NCBI RefSeq assembly: GCF_009914755.1
Contig: NC_060925.1
Source of the DNA: the human T2T-CHM13v2.0 reference genome, Homo sapiens
Strand: one strand, 5' to 3'
DNA: 64,000 bases
Part shown: positions 29,791-50,221 of the stretch, in pieces
How the letters are laid out: every line of letters begins with the position of its first letter
Position numbering within the stretch: position 1 is the first letter of the stretch
Position numbers and translations under genes: made by a program
The notes under the pieces: generated by a model
What the model was told of the DNA's origin: nothing
The model's input: the letters and a program-made list of their open reading frames with translations, nothing else
The model's database searches: none

Positions 29791-31365
29791 TTATGACATG
29801 ATCTTAAAGTACTGTGACAGGTTACAAGATAAATATTTTCAAGCAGCAAAACTGCTTCTGGCTCTTCTTTTTGATATTGATGTCACTAAGGTTTTTAGAA
29901 GTGTTTTTATCTTCCAATAGCCACCTAATACGACACTGAGTCAATTTAAAGAAATTATCTGTTGCTTTAAATATACTTCAGTAAGTAATACTGTTAAATG
30001 AAAATTAACATTCACTATTCAAATTCATTTTTTAAATACAATTAAATATAAAATGAATGTTTCAAATATGTAATATAAAGAATAGACTCCATAGGAGGCT
30101 TCTTTCCAAAAAATATAAAGAATATGTTTTGATCAAAGTCACAGATTACACTTCAATATAGCTGCCAGTAAACTGGTAGGAATGTATATGTCCTCTAAGA
30201 GATAAGTCATATGCCTTTTACAATTCTTTAATTATTTACCAGTCAGTGTATTTCCAGCATTGAATCTAAAAATCCTAAAACAAGTTATGCTATTATCAGT
30301 GTTCTAATTCCCTTAGTGGTCTAGACACACGTTATATAAATATTTAATTGCAATCACTCCATCAAAACTCTATGACAACTGAATTTCAGGATTCTAGTAT
30401 CATTTTAAAAGAAATATTTGATCTTTTTTAAATCCTTATAAAAAAGATTCTGGTAGAGAGATGAGGCAGTGGTGCAATTCTCTGCCGAACTGAGGAAGTA
30501 GCAAGATTCAGTGTTGTTTTTTGTGTTAACATGGCAGTCCTGTTACTGAAGCAAAGCTGCAGAAGTGCTGAAGCAACACAATAAACAAATCTACACACCC
30601 AAATTCCTTCTTCAGCCTGGAGGAAACATTACCATGGCTCAGAAATTTATCTCACATTAGAAACCCTTCTTAGGTACAAAGATAAGAGGTAACTAATAGA
30701 TTCAAGTCTTGAGAGCTAGAGAAAAATAGTTTTAAAAATCAATCAGCAATTTAAGGAAAAATAAATACAGTAAAAAATTGCTTTCAAAAATAAACTAATT
30801 TCTTATGAATCTTTAAAATTTGCCTTTTTATATAATGCTCCGGGCTAAAAATTTAATAAGTAGTCTAATTTAAATATTTCTTCTTAGAAATGTTCAGTAA
30901 ACCTTGACAGGTTAGTGAAAACTACACTGAAGTGTTACAATAAATTACATCAACAGATATTTATAGACACCTGCTAAATGCAAGCCATTCAGTTAGTAGC
31001 TATATATAAACACAAACTGCCTACAACAAGTGGGAATAAGCAAGGTAGGTCAGCTCAAACTAAGAAAATTAAGTATGTGGGAGAATAGAAATAAATTGTT
31101 ATTTTTATGCCATTAGGTAATGAGATGACTATCAGGCTCCAGTATACTAAATTAGACTACCATGGTATCATGAACAGGAAAACACTATGAAGAGTATTAA
31201 GAGCCCACTCAGTGCAATGTATTATTAAAACTAATAACCTAAAATAACAGTAATAAGACAACAATACTACTTTCAAGGATATGTCAATTGACATTAAATA
31301 ATGTGCTAAAGAATTTAGTCTGCTGAACCTTATGATCACCAGACCAAAAGAATCAACTAATTATA

Positions 31366-33390
31366 TTATTCAGGGAATATTTCGCTGAATATATATGCTA
31401 TATTCCAGGCACTTTCCTAGACACCTGAAATACAGGAATAAATGAAGCAGGCAAAAATCCAAGCCCTTGTGATGCTTAAACATGTAGCGGAGGTAGGGGA
31501 AGAGAGTTTTAGCATGAAATAAGAAACAACAAATGATGTAGTATGTGAGAAAGTGATGAGTGTTAGAGAATAAGATAGACTTCCTAAGGGAAGTTAGGAA
31601 ATCTAGGGCAAGGAACTTTCTATTTTAAATAGTGTGGTCAGGGTAGGTCTCATGAAGACAGCATTTAAGCCAAGTCTTCAAAGCCATGAGGAGGTTTAAT
31701 GGGAAAAGAGGATTCCAGGCAAAGGGAATAGCCAGAGTAAATACCCACACTGGAGTAGGAACAGGCAGGTACTCAGCAGGCCTGTGGCAGGCTCCATGTA
31801 TCAGGAGAAAATCCCATCAGCCATAATGACTATTTGCACTCAAAATTTATAAACCTCAACCTCCAATAGGATTTGAATACCAAGCAATTCTATTTTACTT
31901 TGCAGTCACTCCATTCACTCTCCCCATCCATTTCACAATGTCCTATCTTCTTTCTCCTTAAATGTTTAACGACCTCTCCCATTCTCCTTCAGTTGACGAT
32001 CTTTCTTCCTAATTTCACCAAAAAAGAGAAAATCGAAGTAATTAAAAGAGAAATTCTACAAGCTCTAAGTCACACATTTACCTACCTCACCCATCTGCGC
32101 TCACAGACTGCCTTTTCTCCTGTTATGAATAAACTGCCTGTGCTCTTGCAAAGACTAACTTCTCTAACAATTTTTCCTTCTCTCTTCTGAATATAGTTTT
32201 ATTTCTTAACTAGATCTTCCCAGCAGCATACAAACATGTTATTTCTTCTCTTGACCCCACTTACTTCTCTAGTTATGTGCTATTCCATTCTTCACAGCAA
32301 AATTCAAAAGAGCTGTCAGTACTTTGTGTCTACGTCCTCTCCTCTCATGCTTCAATCACAATTTCTGTCTCACCACGTCAGCAAAATTGCTCTTGCTAAG
32401 GTCATCATATATCCATGGTTACTAAATCCAGTAATCAATGCTAGGTCCTTGTTTTAATGAGCCTGTCATGAGCATTTGACAGTGTTGATCCCTCCCTCTT
32501 TGGTATTCTTGTTGGCTGCTAATATAAAGTACTCTTCTGGTTTCTGTCCTACCTAATTGTTCATCCACTCTTTCATAACCTCCGTTGCTAGTGCCCTCTT
32601 ATACTACTTTCTTATCATTTCTATTTATACTTTTTCCTTTGGTAATCTCATCTAATCTACATGCTGATGGCTTTAAATTCTACCTACATGCTGATGACTC
32701 CAAAATGTATATACCTCCAGTCCAGTATTCTCCCCTCCTCCTTTATCCATCCACTTACCTAATCAATATCCTGCTTGCATCTCCAATAGATATCTTGACT
32801 TAATATGTCTGAAACTCAACTCTTGTTCTTCTTGACGAAATCATCTTCTGCCCACAGTCTTCCCAATCTCAATTTTAATTGAGACAAATACTTCCTTCCA
32901 GTTTCTCAGATGAGATAACATGGAATCATCCATGACTCTGCTTTCTCTCATCTTTATATCAAATCCTTCAGAATATCTATTGGCTTTATTTATAAAATAA
33001 ACCCATATTCTGACCAAATCTCATCATATCTTCAATCAACAGTTCCACACTGCCATCAATTTCTCACCTAGATGACAGCAATAGTTTTCTAAATCTTCTT
33101 TCTCTCTGTTTCCACTTTTGGCCACCCCACAGGATACCGCTGAAGTGACACATATTCCAGGAAATCTACATTGACTATATTATTTTAAATTGTAATCCTA
33201 CCCTCACCTCTGGTAGTCCCCATTTAACATACCCTGTTCTATCTACTTTCCCATAGTACTTCTGATCTTTGAAGATCAACATTAGTTTTAAATTATAATT
33301 TGTTATTAGAAATAAAAGCTTCACAAAGTCAGAGATTGTCTTCTTCTTCATTCTCTGATGTACCCCACACAAAACACTTCCTATTATACA
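31366..33390. mobile_element. L2 fragments (minus ~31366-31740, plus ~31830-33390)
   Basis: L2 3'-end reverse motif; L2 ORF2-like gcatttgacagtgttgatc and atgctgatgactcc. Confidence 0.65.
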
Positions 33391-33397
33391 ATGGATA

Positions 33398-35525
33398 CAG
33401 GCATATCTCATTTAATTGAACTTCACTTTACTGCACTTCAAAGACAGCTTTTACAAATTGAAGGTTTGTGGCAACCCTCCATTGAGCAAGTCTGTCAGTG
33501 CCATTTTTCCAACAGCATCTGCTTACTTTGTGTCCCTGTGTCATATTTTGGAAACTCTTACAATATTTCAAACTTTTTCATTATAATCATATTAGAATTA
33601 CAGGATTATATTATATGATTATAGTTGTTATGGTGATCTGTGATCAGTGATCTTTGATGTAACTATCATAATTGTTTTAGGGTGCCAGGAACCACCCCCA
33701 CATAAGTCAGCAAGCTTAATTGATAAATGTTGTGTGTGTCCTGACTGCTCCACTGACTGGCTATTCTCCCATCTCTCTCCCTCTCCTCAGGCTTTCCTAT
33801 TCCCTAATTAATAACCTTACAATGACCTCCACGCATCCAAGGGAAAAAGCTAAAAATGATGAAGCTTGTTGAGGAAGGCATGTCAAAAACTGAGACAGCC
33901 TGAAAGCCAGGCCTCTTGCACCAAGCAATTAGCCAAGTTGTGGATGCAAAGGAAAAGTTCTTGAAGGAAATGGAAAGTGCTACTGCAGTGCCCACACGAA
34001 TGACAAGAAGGTGAAACAGCCTTATTGCTGAGATGGAGAACGTTTGAGTGGTCTGGATAGAAAAAGTCAAACGAGCCATGACATTCCCCTAAGCCAAAGA
34101 CTAATCCAGAGCAAGGTCCTAACTCTCTTCAATTATATGAAGGGTGAGACATGTGAGAAAGCTGTAGGAGAAAATTATGAAGGTAGGAGACATTGGTTCA
34201 TGAGATTTAGGGAAAGAAACCATCTCTACACATAAAAGTACATGGTAAAGCAGCAAATGCTGATGCAGAAGCTGTAGCAAGTTATCCAAAAGATCTAGCT
34301 AAGATTATTGATGAAAGTGGCTGAACAACACATTTCCCAATGAGGATGAAACAACCTTCTATTGGAAGAAGATATCATCCACGACATTCATAGCTAGAGA
34401 GGAGAAGTCAATGCCTGGCTTCAAGGCTTCAAAGCTTCAAAGGACAGGCCAACTCTCCAGTTAGGCGATAATGCAGCTGGTGACTTTAATTGAAGCCAAT
34501 GCTCATTTGCCATTTAAAAAATCCTTGGGCCCTTACAAATTATGCTGAGTCTACTCTGCCTGTGCTCTATAAATAATACAAAGCCCAGATGACAATACAT
34601 CTGCTTACACCATGTTTTACTGAACATTCTAAGCCCACTGTTGAGATCTGCTGCTCAGAAACAAAGACTCCTTTCAAAACATGACTGCTCACTGACAATG
34701 CACCTGGCCACCCAAGAAACTCTAATGAGATATAAAAGGAGATTAATGTTGTTTTCATGCCTGCTAAAACAATATTCATTCTGCAACCCATGGATCAAGG
34801 AGTAATTTTGACTTTCAAGTCTTATTATTTAAGAAATACATTTCATTAGGGCTACAGCTACCATAGGTAGTTATTCTTCCAATAAATCTGGGGAAAGTAA
34901 ATTGAAAACCTTCTGGAAAGGATTCACCATTCTAGATATCATTAAGAACATTCATGATTCATAGGAAGAGGTCAAAACAGCAACATTAACAGGAGTTTGG
35001 AAAAAGTTGATTCCAACCAGCTCTCATGGATGACTTTAAGGGGTCCAAGACTTCTTCGAGGAAGTAACTGCAGATGTGATGGAAACAGCAAGCAAACTAG
35101 AATTCTAAGTGGAACCTGAATACGTGACTAAATTGCTGTAATATCATAATAAAACTTGAACAGATGAGGAGTTACTTCTTATGGATGAGGAAAGAAAGGA
35201 GTTTCATGAGATGAAATCTACTCCTGGTGAAGATGCTGTGAAGAGTGTTGACAATAATGAATTTAGAATATTACATAAACTTAGTTGATTAAGCAGCAGA
35301 AGGGTTTGAGAAGATTGACTCCAATTTTGAAAGAAGTTCTACTGTGGATAAAATGCTATCAAATAGCACCATATGCTACAAAGAAATCTCTCATGAAGGT
35401 AGGAGTCAATTGATGTGGCAAATTTCATTGCTGTCTTATTTTAAGAAAAAGACAACCACCCCAACCTTCTACAGCCACCTCCCTAATCTGTCAGCAGCCA
35501 TCAATACTGAGGCAAGAACCTCCAC

Positions 35526-35556
<31 letters not shown>

Positions 35557-35792
35557 GATGATTTGTTAAAAGCTCAGATTATCATTACCATATTTTAGTA
35601 ATAAAGTATTTTTCAATTAAGGTATGTACATTTTTTAGACACAATGCTATTGCACACTTAGACTATAGGACAGTATAAACCTAATGTTTATATGCACTGG
35701 GAAACAAAAAACTTTGTGTAATTCACTTTATTGCAATATTCACTTTATTGTAGTGGTCTGGAACTGAACCCACACTATCTCTGAGCTATGAG
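33398..35792 (+). mobile_element. Near full-length Tigger1 with decayed pogo/CENP-B-like transposase
   Basis: TA-caggcatatctc start, ...tatctctgagctatg end then TA; ~2.4 kb; broken transposase peptides (ORF 34044..34235). Confidence 0.92.
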
Positions 35793-36595
35793 TAAAGAAT
35801 ACTTAAAAAGTGTTTCTTAAATTTTAGTGTTCTTACTTTTTATGGCATTTCATTAATAATGTATATTTCTGGGCTTTAATCCAGGCCTCTTTAATCATTA
35901 GTTTTGAAGGTGAGACTCAAGAATATGCATGTTTAACAGGCTCTCCAGGTAAGTCAGTCTTACCATAAGAGAGCAAGCAGTCTGAGACTACACTCTGAGA
36001 AACACTATTTAGGATATTGAAATCAGTTAACAAGAGATGCTGGGAGAAAAAGTATCCTTTATCCTGATAAACTGTCTCCTCTTGTACATTTCTTCTGTCA
36101 TTATGTCTCTATATTCCCCCATGTCACATTACATTTTATCATTTTTTCATGTTATAAAATACATGCTTGATGCAATTACCATCTCCTATCTATTCATAAC
36201 TCAAATCTTTCTTAACACTCCAAAACTGTTGAATCTTCATTTACTAGTAATACAAGTGCTGACATTAGCTATAGATTACATACCATGAATCACTATCATG
36301 AAAAAGAATAATAGGAAAATGTAGAAATCTGTAACAATTTTTTATGTTAAAAGCTTCTAAATATCTTCTGAAAATCTGTAGCTAACATAAAAGGAAATAT
36401 TTCACTTTGGTCCCACTCCTTTTATTCAACATCTTATTATGTCAGGGAAAGTAGATCACAGCACAAAACAGAGCAAGTGCTCAGGATCTCATAGAATTTC
36501 CACTTCTACATGCTACACCACTATGTGACTCCAAGTTTAAAATTGTAGATATCATTTTATTTAAAATACAGTAACACTTTACTCCTATAATTTTC

Positions 36596-37656
<1,061 letters not shown>

Positions 37657-38129
37657 TAAGTTTCATTATATTAATTTTCATAAACTCCTCATCTACTAAA
37701 ACTGTCAAAATATTTTCATGCATATTCCTTATAATAGGGAATCACTCATCAACTTTTCATTTATTTATTTAATAAACTTAAATGCCTATTATGTATTAGC
37801 TATTAGGATACAAAAACACTTAAAGCATGAACCTTGTTTTTACAGAGTCTACAACACAAGAAGGAGCCAAACAAACCAACAAATATCATATGGTGCTAAA
37901 AGAAGGGAAATTCATAGAAGTATGAGAGGTAAAAAAAAAAAATTCCTGGAAAAGGTGTATCTGAGCTTGGTCTTAAAGAAAGAATAGACTGAGTTGTGGA
38001 ATGTAAAATGGAGAGAGGATATTCAAAGCAGAGAAAACAAGAACAACAAGTATATGTGCATTTCTTCATTCATTTATTCCTAGAGGGACAGTAAATCATA
38101 AAGACTAATGACAGTAAATAAAGACAGAA

Positions 38130-41100
38130 ATAGTGACAGTAAATAAAGATTAGAACAGAACTAAATGAAATAGAAACTAGAAAGGCAATAGAAACGATCA
38201 ATGAAACTGAACATTAGATTCTGAAAAGTTAAACTGACAAACCTTTAGCTGGTCTAACTAAAGAAAAAAATAAAGAAGCCTCAAATAAGTAAAATTGGAA
38301 ATGGAAGAGGACACAGTTCAACTGATACTACAGAAATATAAAGAATCATAAGAGTCTACTATAATCAACAATTATACACCAACAAATTGAATAACCCAGA
38401 AGAAATGAATAAATTCCTAGATACAATCTATCAAAACTGAATTATTAACAAATAATGAAATAATGAACAAGGAGACTGAATCAGTAGTCAAAAATCTTCC
38501 ATCAAAGAAAACCCCAGACCTGATGACTCCACTGCTGAATTGTAACAAACATTTAAAGAATACCAATCCTCAAACTCTTCAAAAAAACTGAAAAGAAGAG
38601 AATATTTCCAAAGTTATTTTATGTGGCCAGCATTACTCTCACACCAAAGCCAGACAAGGAGACTCCAAAAAGAAAGCGAATTACATCCAATGTCCCTTAA
38701 ACATAGACGCAAAAATCTTCAACAAAATACTAGCAAACCAAATTCAACAGTGTTTTAAAAGGATTATCCCTGGAATGCAAGGATGGTTCAACATTCACAA
38801 ATCAATAAATGTGATATACTACATTAACAGAATAAACGGCAAAAACCTTATGATCACATCAACAGATGCACAAAGGCATTTGACAAAAATCAACACTCAT
38901 GATGAAAACACTTAACAAATTATGTATAAAATAATTTATCTCACCACAATAAAAGGAAAAATATAACAAGTTCACAGCTAATATAATAGTCAATGGTAAA
39001 AAGCTAAGATAAGGAACAAGACAAGAGTTCTTATTCTCACCATTTCTTTTAAACACAGAAGTAGAAATCCTAGTTAGAGCAATTCATGAGGAAATAGAAA
39101 TAAAAGGCATCCAAACTGGGGAGATGAGGGGAGGGAGGGAAGGAAGGAAGGAAGGAAGGGACGGAGGGAAGGCAGGCAGGGAGGGAGGGAAGGAGGGAGG
39201 GAGGGAAATTGTTTGCTCATGGCATATTACATGCGGAAAACTCTAAAGACTTGAGCAAAAAAACTGTTGGAACTAATAAGCAAAATCAGTAATGTAGCAA
39301 GATACACAATCAACGTATTAAAAAGTAGCATTTGTATACATTAATAACTATCCAAAAAGAAAGCAAGAAAATAATTAAATTTACAATAGCATAAAAAAAT
39401 ACTTGGGAATAAAATTAACCAAAGAAGTGAAAGACCTATACAATGAAAGCTATAACACTAATAAAAGAAACTGAAAATGACAAAATATATAGAAAAATAT
39501 TCCATGTTCATGTGTTCATGGATGGAAGAATTAGCATTGCTAAACTATCCATACTACCCAAAGGGATCTACAGTTCAACGTAATTCCTACCAAGGTTCCA
39601 ATGATATTTTTCTCAGAAATATAAAAATCAATCCTAAAATTCATATGGAACCACAAAAGACCTCAAATAGACAAAACAATCTTGAATAAAAGGAGCAAAG
39701 CTGGAGACATCACATTATCTGATCTCAAAATATACTATGAAGCCATAATAACCAAAATGGCATGGTACTAGCATAAAAACAGATATACAGACATATGAAA
39801 TAGAATAGAAAACCCAAAAATAAATCCATACATTTCCCATCAACTGATCTTCAACTAAGGTGCTAAGAACACAAAATGGAGAAGGACATCCATGTGCAGA
39901 AGAATAAAATAGGGCACTTATCTCAGATTATATATAAAAATCAATTCAAAATGGATTTATAAACATAAGACCTGAAACCATAAAACTACAAGAAGAAAAC
40001 ACAGGGGAAAAGCTTCTCAACACTGGTCTGAGCAAAGATTTTTTGGATCATGACTTCAAAAGCACAGGCAACGAAAGCAAAAATAGACAAATATGATTAC
40101 ACAAAGGAAATAACAGAGTGAAGAGACAATCTCTGCAATGGGAGAAAATATTTGTAAATTATATCTGATAAGGAATTGATATCCAAAATATATAAAGAAC
40201 TCAAACAAATTAATAAGAAAATAAATAACCCAATTAAAAATGGGCAAAATATTTGGAAAAAAAACATTGATCATAAGAAGACATACAAATGGCCAACAGT
40301 GAAAAAATGTTCAACATCACTAATCATCAGAGAAATGCAAATTAAAACCACAGTGAGACATCATGTCATACCTGTTAGGATTTTTATTATCAAAAAGACA
40401 AGAGGTAAGTTTTGGCCAGGATGTGGAGAAAAGCTAACCCTTGTACCTTACTGGTGGGAATGTAAATTAGTATAACCATTATGGAAAACAGTATGGAAGT
40501 TTCTCAAAAAACCAAAAATAGAACTATTATATGATCCAGCAATTCCGCTTCTAGGAATATATCCAAAGGAAATGAAATCAGTATGCTGAAGATCTATCTG
40601 CATTACATGTTCAATACAGCATTACTCAACAATAACAAATATATGAATCAACCTAACTGTCCATGAATGGATGAATACAAAAAGAAAATGTGGTATACAC
40701 ACACACACACACACACACACACAATGGAACACTATTAACCCTTTATAAAGAAGAAAATCCTGTCAACTGCAACAACATGATTCAATCTGGAGGACATTAT
40801 GCTAAGTAAAATAAGCCAGGCATCAAAAGACAAATAGTACATGATTTCACTAAAAAAGTCAAACTCAGAGAAGCAGAGAACAGAATGGTAGTTACCAGGG
40901 GTTGGGGTAAAGCAGACAAAATTTTAATTAGACAAGAGGAATAACAAGTTCAGGAATTCTATTGTTCAACATGGAGAGTACAGTTAATAACTATAATGTA
41001 TAGTTAGTAACTATGTATTAAATACTTGAAGATTGCTAGGAGAGTAGATTTTAAACGTTCTCGCCACAAAAAATGTTAATTACATGAGTTAACTGATATG

Positions 41101-41232
41101 TTACTTAGCTTGATTTAGTCATTCCACAATCAAAATTGATGTTAATTAATTTAGCCATTCTATAATCAAATTCCAATATCAGAACATCATGTTATATATC
41201 ATAAATATATACAATTTTTATTTGTCAAAAAA
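38130..41232 (+). mobile_element. Old L1MA-type element, ~3.1 kb, with internal (GGAA/GGGA)n at ~39119-39205 and (CA)n at ~40697-40722
   Basis: Decayed ORF2 homology (ORF 40176..40475) and L1MA-like 3'UTR. Confidence 0.85.
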
Positions 41233-41237
41233 ATAAT

Positions 41238-41371
41238 GGCCAGGCACACTGGTTCATGCCTGTAACCCCAAACCACTAGGAGGCTGAGGTGAGAGGATCA
41301 CCTGAGATCAGGAGATCAAGAATAGCCTAGGCAACATAGCAAGATCCCATATCTCCAAAAAAAAAAAAAAA
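41238..41371 (+). mobile_element. FLAM / Alu left monomer
   Basis: Single left-arm monomer with poly-A, inserted at the L1MA tail. Confidence 0.8.
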
Positions 41372-43065
41372 TTTAAACCAGGCTATACCATGGTTACTGA
41401 ATTTTCCTTATGTGACATAGGAATTTATCTCCAAAGAAGTACTGAAGATTAGCTGAGAATGATCTCCCCTCTCCAAAACTACATGGGATTTATTTTATCA
41501 AATAATAAGTACTCAGATGTTTCCTCACAATAACAATATAGTTATCCAAGGCCCACCAGAGACTTTCGAAATAAATTTTTATTCAATTACCTGGTAAGAA
41601 TAATCTTAAGAAACAAAACTAAGATTTTTCAATTTATGTCAATAAAATTACATAAACATTTGATAGAACTGAGGGCATGTTTACAAAATGGAATGGTGAT
41701 TTTATTAGAGGTGGATGATCTTGAGGATTTTTACCCTAATATTATAATTTATACACTTTAGTGAATGTACTATGTTATCTTAGTGTTCTCTTTTGGTCAT
41801 AAAGAGGTTACCTTTAATGAAACAGAAATCTCCCTATGTCCCTAATCTTAGAGTCTTTACTTATTATTTATGGTTGTTATCACTGTAATAAGCAAATATT
41901 TGAGTATTCAAAATCGCTTTTTATGTGTAATAATAAAAAACATGTTAAGGAGAGATTTGACTGAAATTTATTTAGCACCCAACATTGACAAGGTCCTATG
42001 CAAGAAACTGGATATATAGAATGCAATCATAAATGGTCCCAGTATTAGAAAGGTTCATAACCTATTGAGAAAATTGATATGTAAATGAATAAGACAGTTA
42101 TTTAAAATGTCAATATAAAAAGACATATATGAACATTATCTCTGATTTCTTATTTCTCTCTACTCTAACCCATAAGTAAGAGTTGACAATTCTACCTCTC
42201 AAACATAAACAAATTCTGTCCTGCTTCACTCCATCTTGTTTACTACCACCATCACTTCTCTCCTGGACAACTGAAAAAGCCTCATAATTGGACTTTTGCC
42301 ACCTCTCTCTCCTCTAACATATTTTCACATGGTAATCTGGGCAACCTTTACAAAATACAGATCAGATCCAATCATGTGCCAGCTAAAACTTCCCTACAGC
42401 ATACTGTTCCATTTAGAATAAAAGGTAAACTCCTTATGCCTTCAAAGCCTTGTATGATCTGTCCCTTTTATGCCATTCTAACCTCATTTAGTACAACTCT
42501 TTTCCATGCCCACATTTCATTTATTCGGATCTTAGAAAATGCCAAGTTCTTTCCCTCCTTTAGGTCTTTGTAACAATTCTCTCTACCTGTAACCATGTTC
42601 TTCTTTTCATATCTCAAAACTGATTCCTTCTTTAGACGTAGCTTAAATATCACCTTTTCAGTAGTGCCTTTTCTAGTCACTCAATCTAAATTGGCCATCC
42701 AGTCAATGTCTCATATACTCTGAACTTTTTGCTCACTGATATTTTTCTTATTTGCTGTTTGTTTGTTAACCCATTTCCTTCACTAGAAATATCAGCTTCA
42801 TAACAGAAGGCTACACATCTCTGAATCTCAAGTGCTTGGAGTAGCAGCACCTGACACAAAATAAATAATCCATATGTAATTGTTAGAGTGAATAAACAAA
42901 TAAAATGTGTTCAAACTAATAGACACACAGAAAAAAGAGTACAGACTTAGTGACAGGGAGGGACACTCAGGGAAGACTTTAGAGAGGTGAAAATACATAT
43001 TAAAAAGAGAAATTACAATAACATGGGATAAATGCTACAAGTGAGATATGAATAAAAATCTAAAG

Positions 43066-47240
<4,175 letters not shown>

Positions 47241-48179
47241 AAAAATCTAAAGAATAGAAAAGACAGAATGATCAATGTAAGAGTTGACGTTTGAAGAGGC
47301 TATGGCGGAATGACAGGAAGCATATTAATACTGATGGTGTAGTATGGCATAGACAAAACCTGACATTGTGAAATGTATGTGTGAAGGAACATTCAATGTG
47401 ATTGCATATTACATTAGAATAGGAAATTGGAAAGGATTTGGAGCCCAAAGAGGCACCAAGCACCTTATATAGTGTGATACTCCATGAAAGTGGCAGAACC
47501 AGGATACAAATCCGGATCTACTGGATTCCAAGCCAATATTCTTCACAGGGGTACAGACCTGCCATTAGTGACACTCAATGGTGTGACCAAGAACACAAAG
47601 CCAAAGGATGTATGTGGTATATTTAACTGAAATTTTAGTTTTATTTTAATATGAAGGTAAGAAGAGGGTAATACAACCAGTATTTAAAATGTTTTCACTT
47701 TAAAATAAACACTGCTATGTTGTGATATAGAATGTACAACATGTATAAATGTTTTGGAAAAATGCAGAATGCTTCCTAAACTGTGCCTGTCAGTGGGCTT
47801 CTACAGCCACCCCCTTATACTCTTTAAAAATATGTATTCTCTTCTGCCATGGGGGGCACTTTTTTGGATAGAAAAGTTTGAGAAATACACATTTTTATTA
47901 CTCAATGAAAGGTAGAAAAGGTTTTGGGGGAACATTAAAAAAGAGTTTTCCAATTTGAATCTTTATCATTTTCCTCCCTGATAAGAGTTAGAATTTGGGC
48001 AAGCAGAATTATTTTGAATATCTATTTAAATATATGTGAGTTCCTTCACTATTAAATAAGTTTCCTAACAGTAATCTAGATTATCAGTTAATAAGGCCTA
48101 TATTCATGGAGAGCCCGTAAGTTTATAGTTCTAGATGAGGCTCTTGGATTGACACACTAAATTCAATCAGACTGCATGA

Positions 48180-48631
48180 ATAAATAAAATGTGTTTAAAG
48201 TAATATAGGCACAGAAAAAAAGGAGTACAGACTTAGTGAGGGGGAGGGACACTCAGGGAAGACTTTAGAGAGATGAAGTCAATATAAAAAAGATAAATTA
48301 CAATAACATGGGATAAATTCTATAACTCAGACATGAACAGAGCTCTAAAGGAATAGAAAAGATGAGATGATTGACCTAAGGGTTGACATTCGAACTATTA
48401 TAGCCACTTGCCATAGCTACATTGCGGTATAGAATATACAATGTATAAATGTTTTGGGAAAATGCAGAATGCTTCCTAAAATGTGCTTATCAGTGAGCTC
48501 ATACAGCCACCCCCCATACTCTTTAAAAAATGCATTCTCTTCTGCCATGGGGGGCACTCTGTTGGATAGAAAAGTTTGAGAAATACACATTTATATTACT
48601 ATATGAATGGTAGGAGAGGTTTTGGGGGAAA
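48180..48631 (+). repeat. Second copy of an old local direct duplication (first copy 42897-43065, 47253-47293, 47714-47932)
   Basis: Shared strings gagtacagacttagtga, gggacactcagggaagactttagagag, ttggatagaaaagtttgagaaatacacattt. Confidence 0.9.
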
Positions 48632-49344
48632 GGTTTGGTTTTGCCGTGGTCCTTAGCCATGGTGAATGTATGGTAAGATGAGCAGAAAAAACTTCAGTTC
48701 CAGGGGCCTTAATAACAAGCAATGTACAGAAGAAAATAATTTCCTTCATTGTATCAGTATGAGATAAAAGTAAGAGACCTGAAAATAATGGCTTAAGTCT
48801 TTGTAAAGCTGCTAGCTAAAGAAAGACGGTAATGTCAGAGTTGTGGATTTAAGGAACTGTTTCTGGGATTCCTTCCAAATCCATTACCTAAAGAGAAATT
48901 CATACAAATGGAACCCACTATCATCCATCTAAGCTATGTTTATTTCAAAGTATCATGGAATGTTAGAGATGAGAGGTATCTCAAACTCAGTGATCTTTTA
49001 CTCTAACTCATGTTACAATGCAGAAACTGAGACCAAAAGAGGTTAAGAAGTCAACTGTCAATGAAAATACAGCCTATTACTGGATGACGTATAAACATTA
49101 AAAATATATATGTTTTAACACAATACTTTAATTAAATATTAACAGTTTAAATAATAATAATAAAGCAAGGATAGTTGGTAGCTTATGCTTTGTTGACTGA
49201 AAGAAGGAGTGTCCAGGGGAGGGGAAGATTTTGATCAAAGGATACAAAGTTTCAGTTAGACAAGAGAAATAGGTTTTTGAGATCTACTGCATGGTACAGT
49301 GACCACAGTTAATACTAATGTATTGTACATTTCAAAATTGCTAA

Positions 49345-49746
<402 letters not shown>

Positions 49747-49908
49747 TAATCATTCTACAATGTGTATGTGTGTATCAAAACATCACATTGTACCCCATAA
49801 ACACACACTATTGTCAATTAAAATTTTTAAAAAATAAAATACAACAAAAATTATACAATTGAAATATTTTTAAAATGATAAGTAAACTAGGAGAACACTG
49901 TCTTTCCT

Positions 49909-49980
49909 TATACCTATGTAACAAACCTGCACGTTGTGCACATGTACCCTAAAACTTAAAGTATAATACAAAAAAAAAAA
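49909..49980 (+). mobile_element. Extremely 5'-truncated L1PA (~70 bp including poly-A), followed by a minus-strand Alu fragment to ~50109
   Basis: tatacctatgtaacaaacctgcacgttgtgcacatgtaccctaaaacttaaagtataat + A-tail. Confidence 0.85.
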
Positions 49981-50125
49981 GTCCCTCCCTTTAAGGGACC
50001 TCCCTAGTTAGCCTCACATAGTAGCTAGAACTACAGGTGTGCACCACACATCCAGCTAATTTTTGTATTTTTTGTAGAAACAGGGTTTCACTATGCTGCC
50101 CAGGCTGGTTAGACCTCTTTTAAAG

Positions 50126-50221
50126 GCTTTCCGAGTGATTCAGATAGGTCCACCAATTAGATTATCTAGAATAGCTTTCCAAGTGATTCAGATAGGTCCA
50201 CCAATTAGATTATCTAGAATA
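50126..50221. repeat. 48-bp tandem duplication, one mismatch
   Basis: gctttcc(g/a)agtgattcagataggtccaccaattagattatctagaata twice. Confidence 0.95.
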
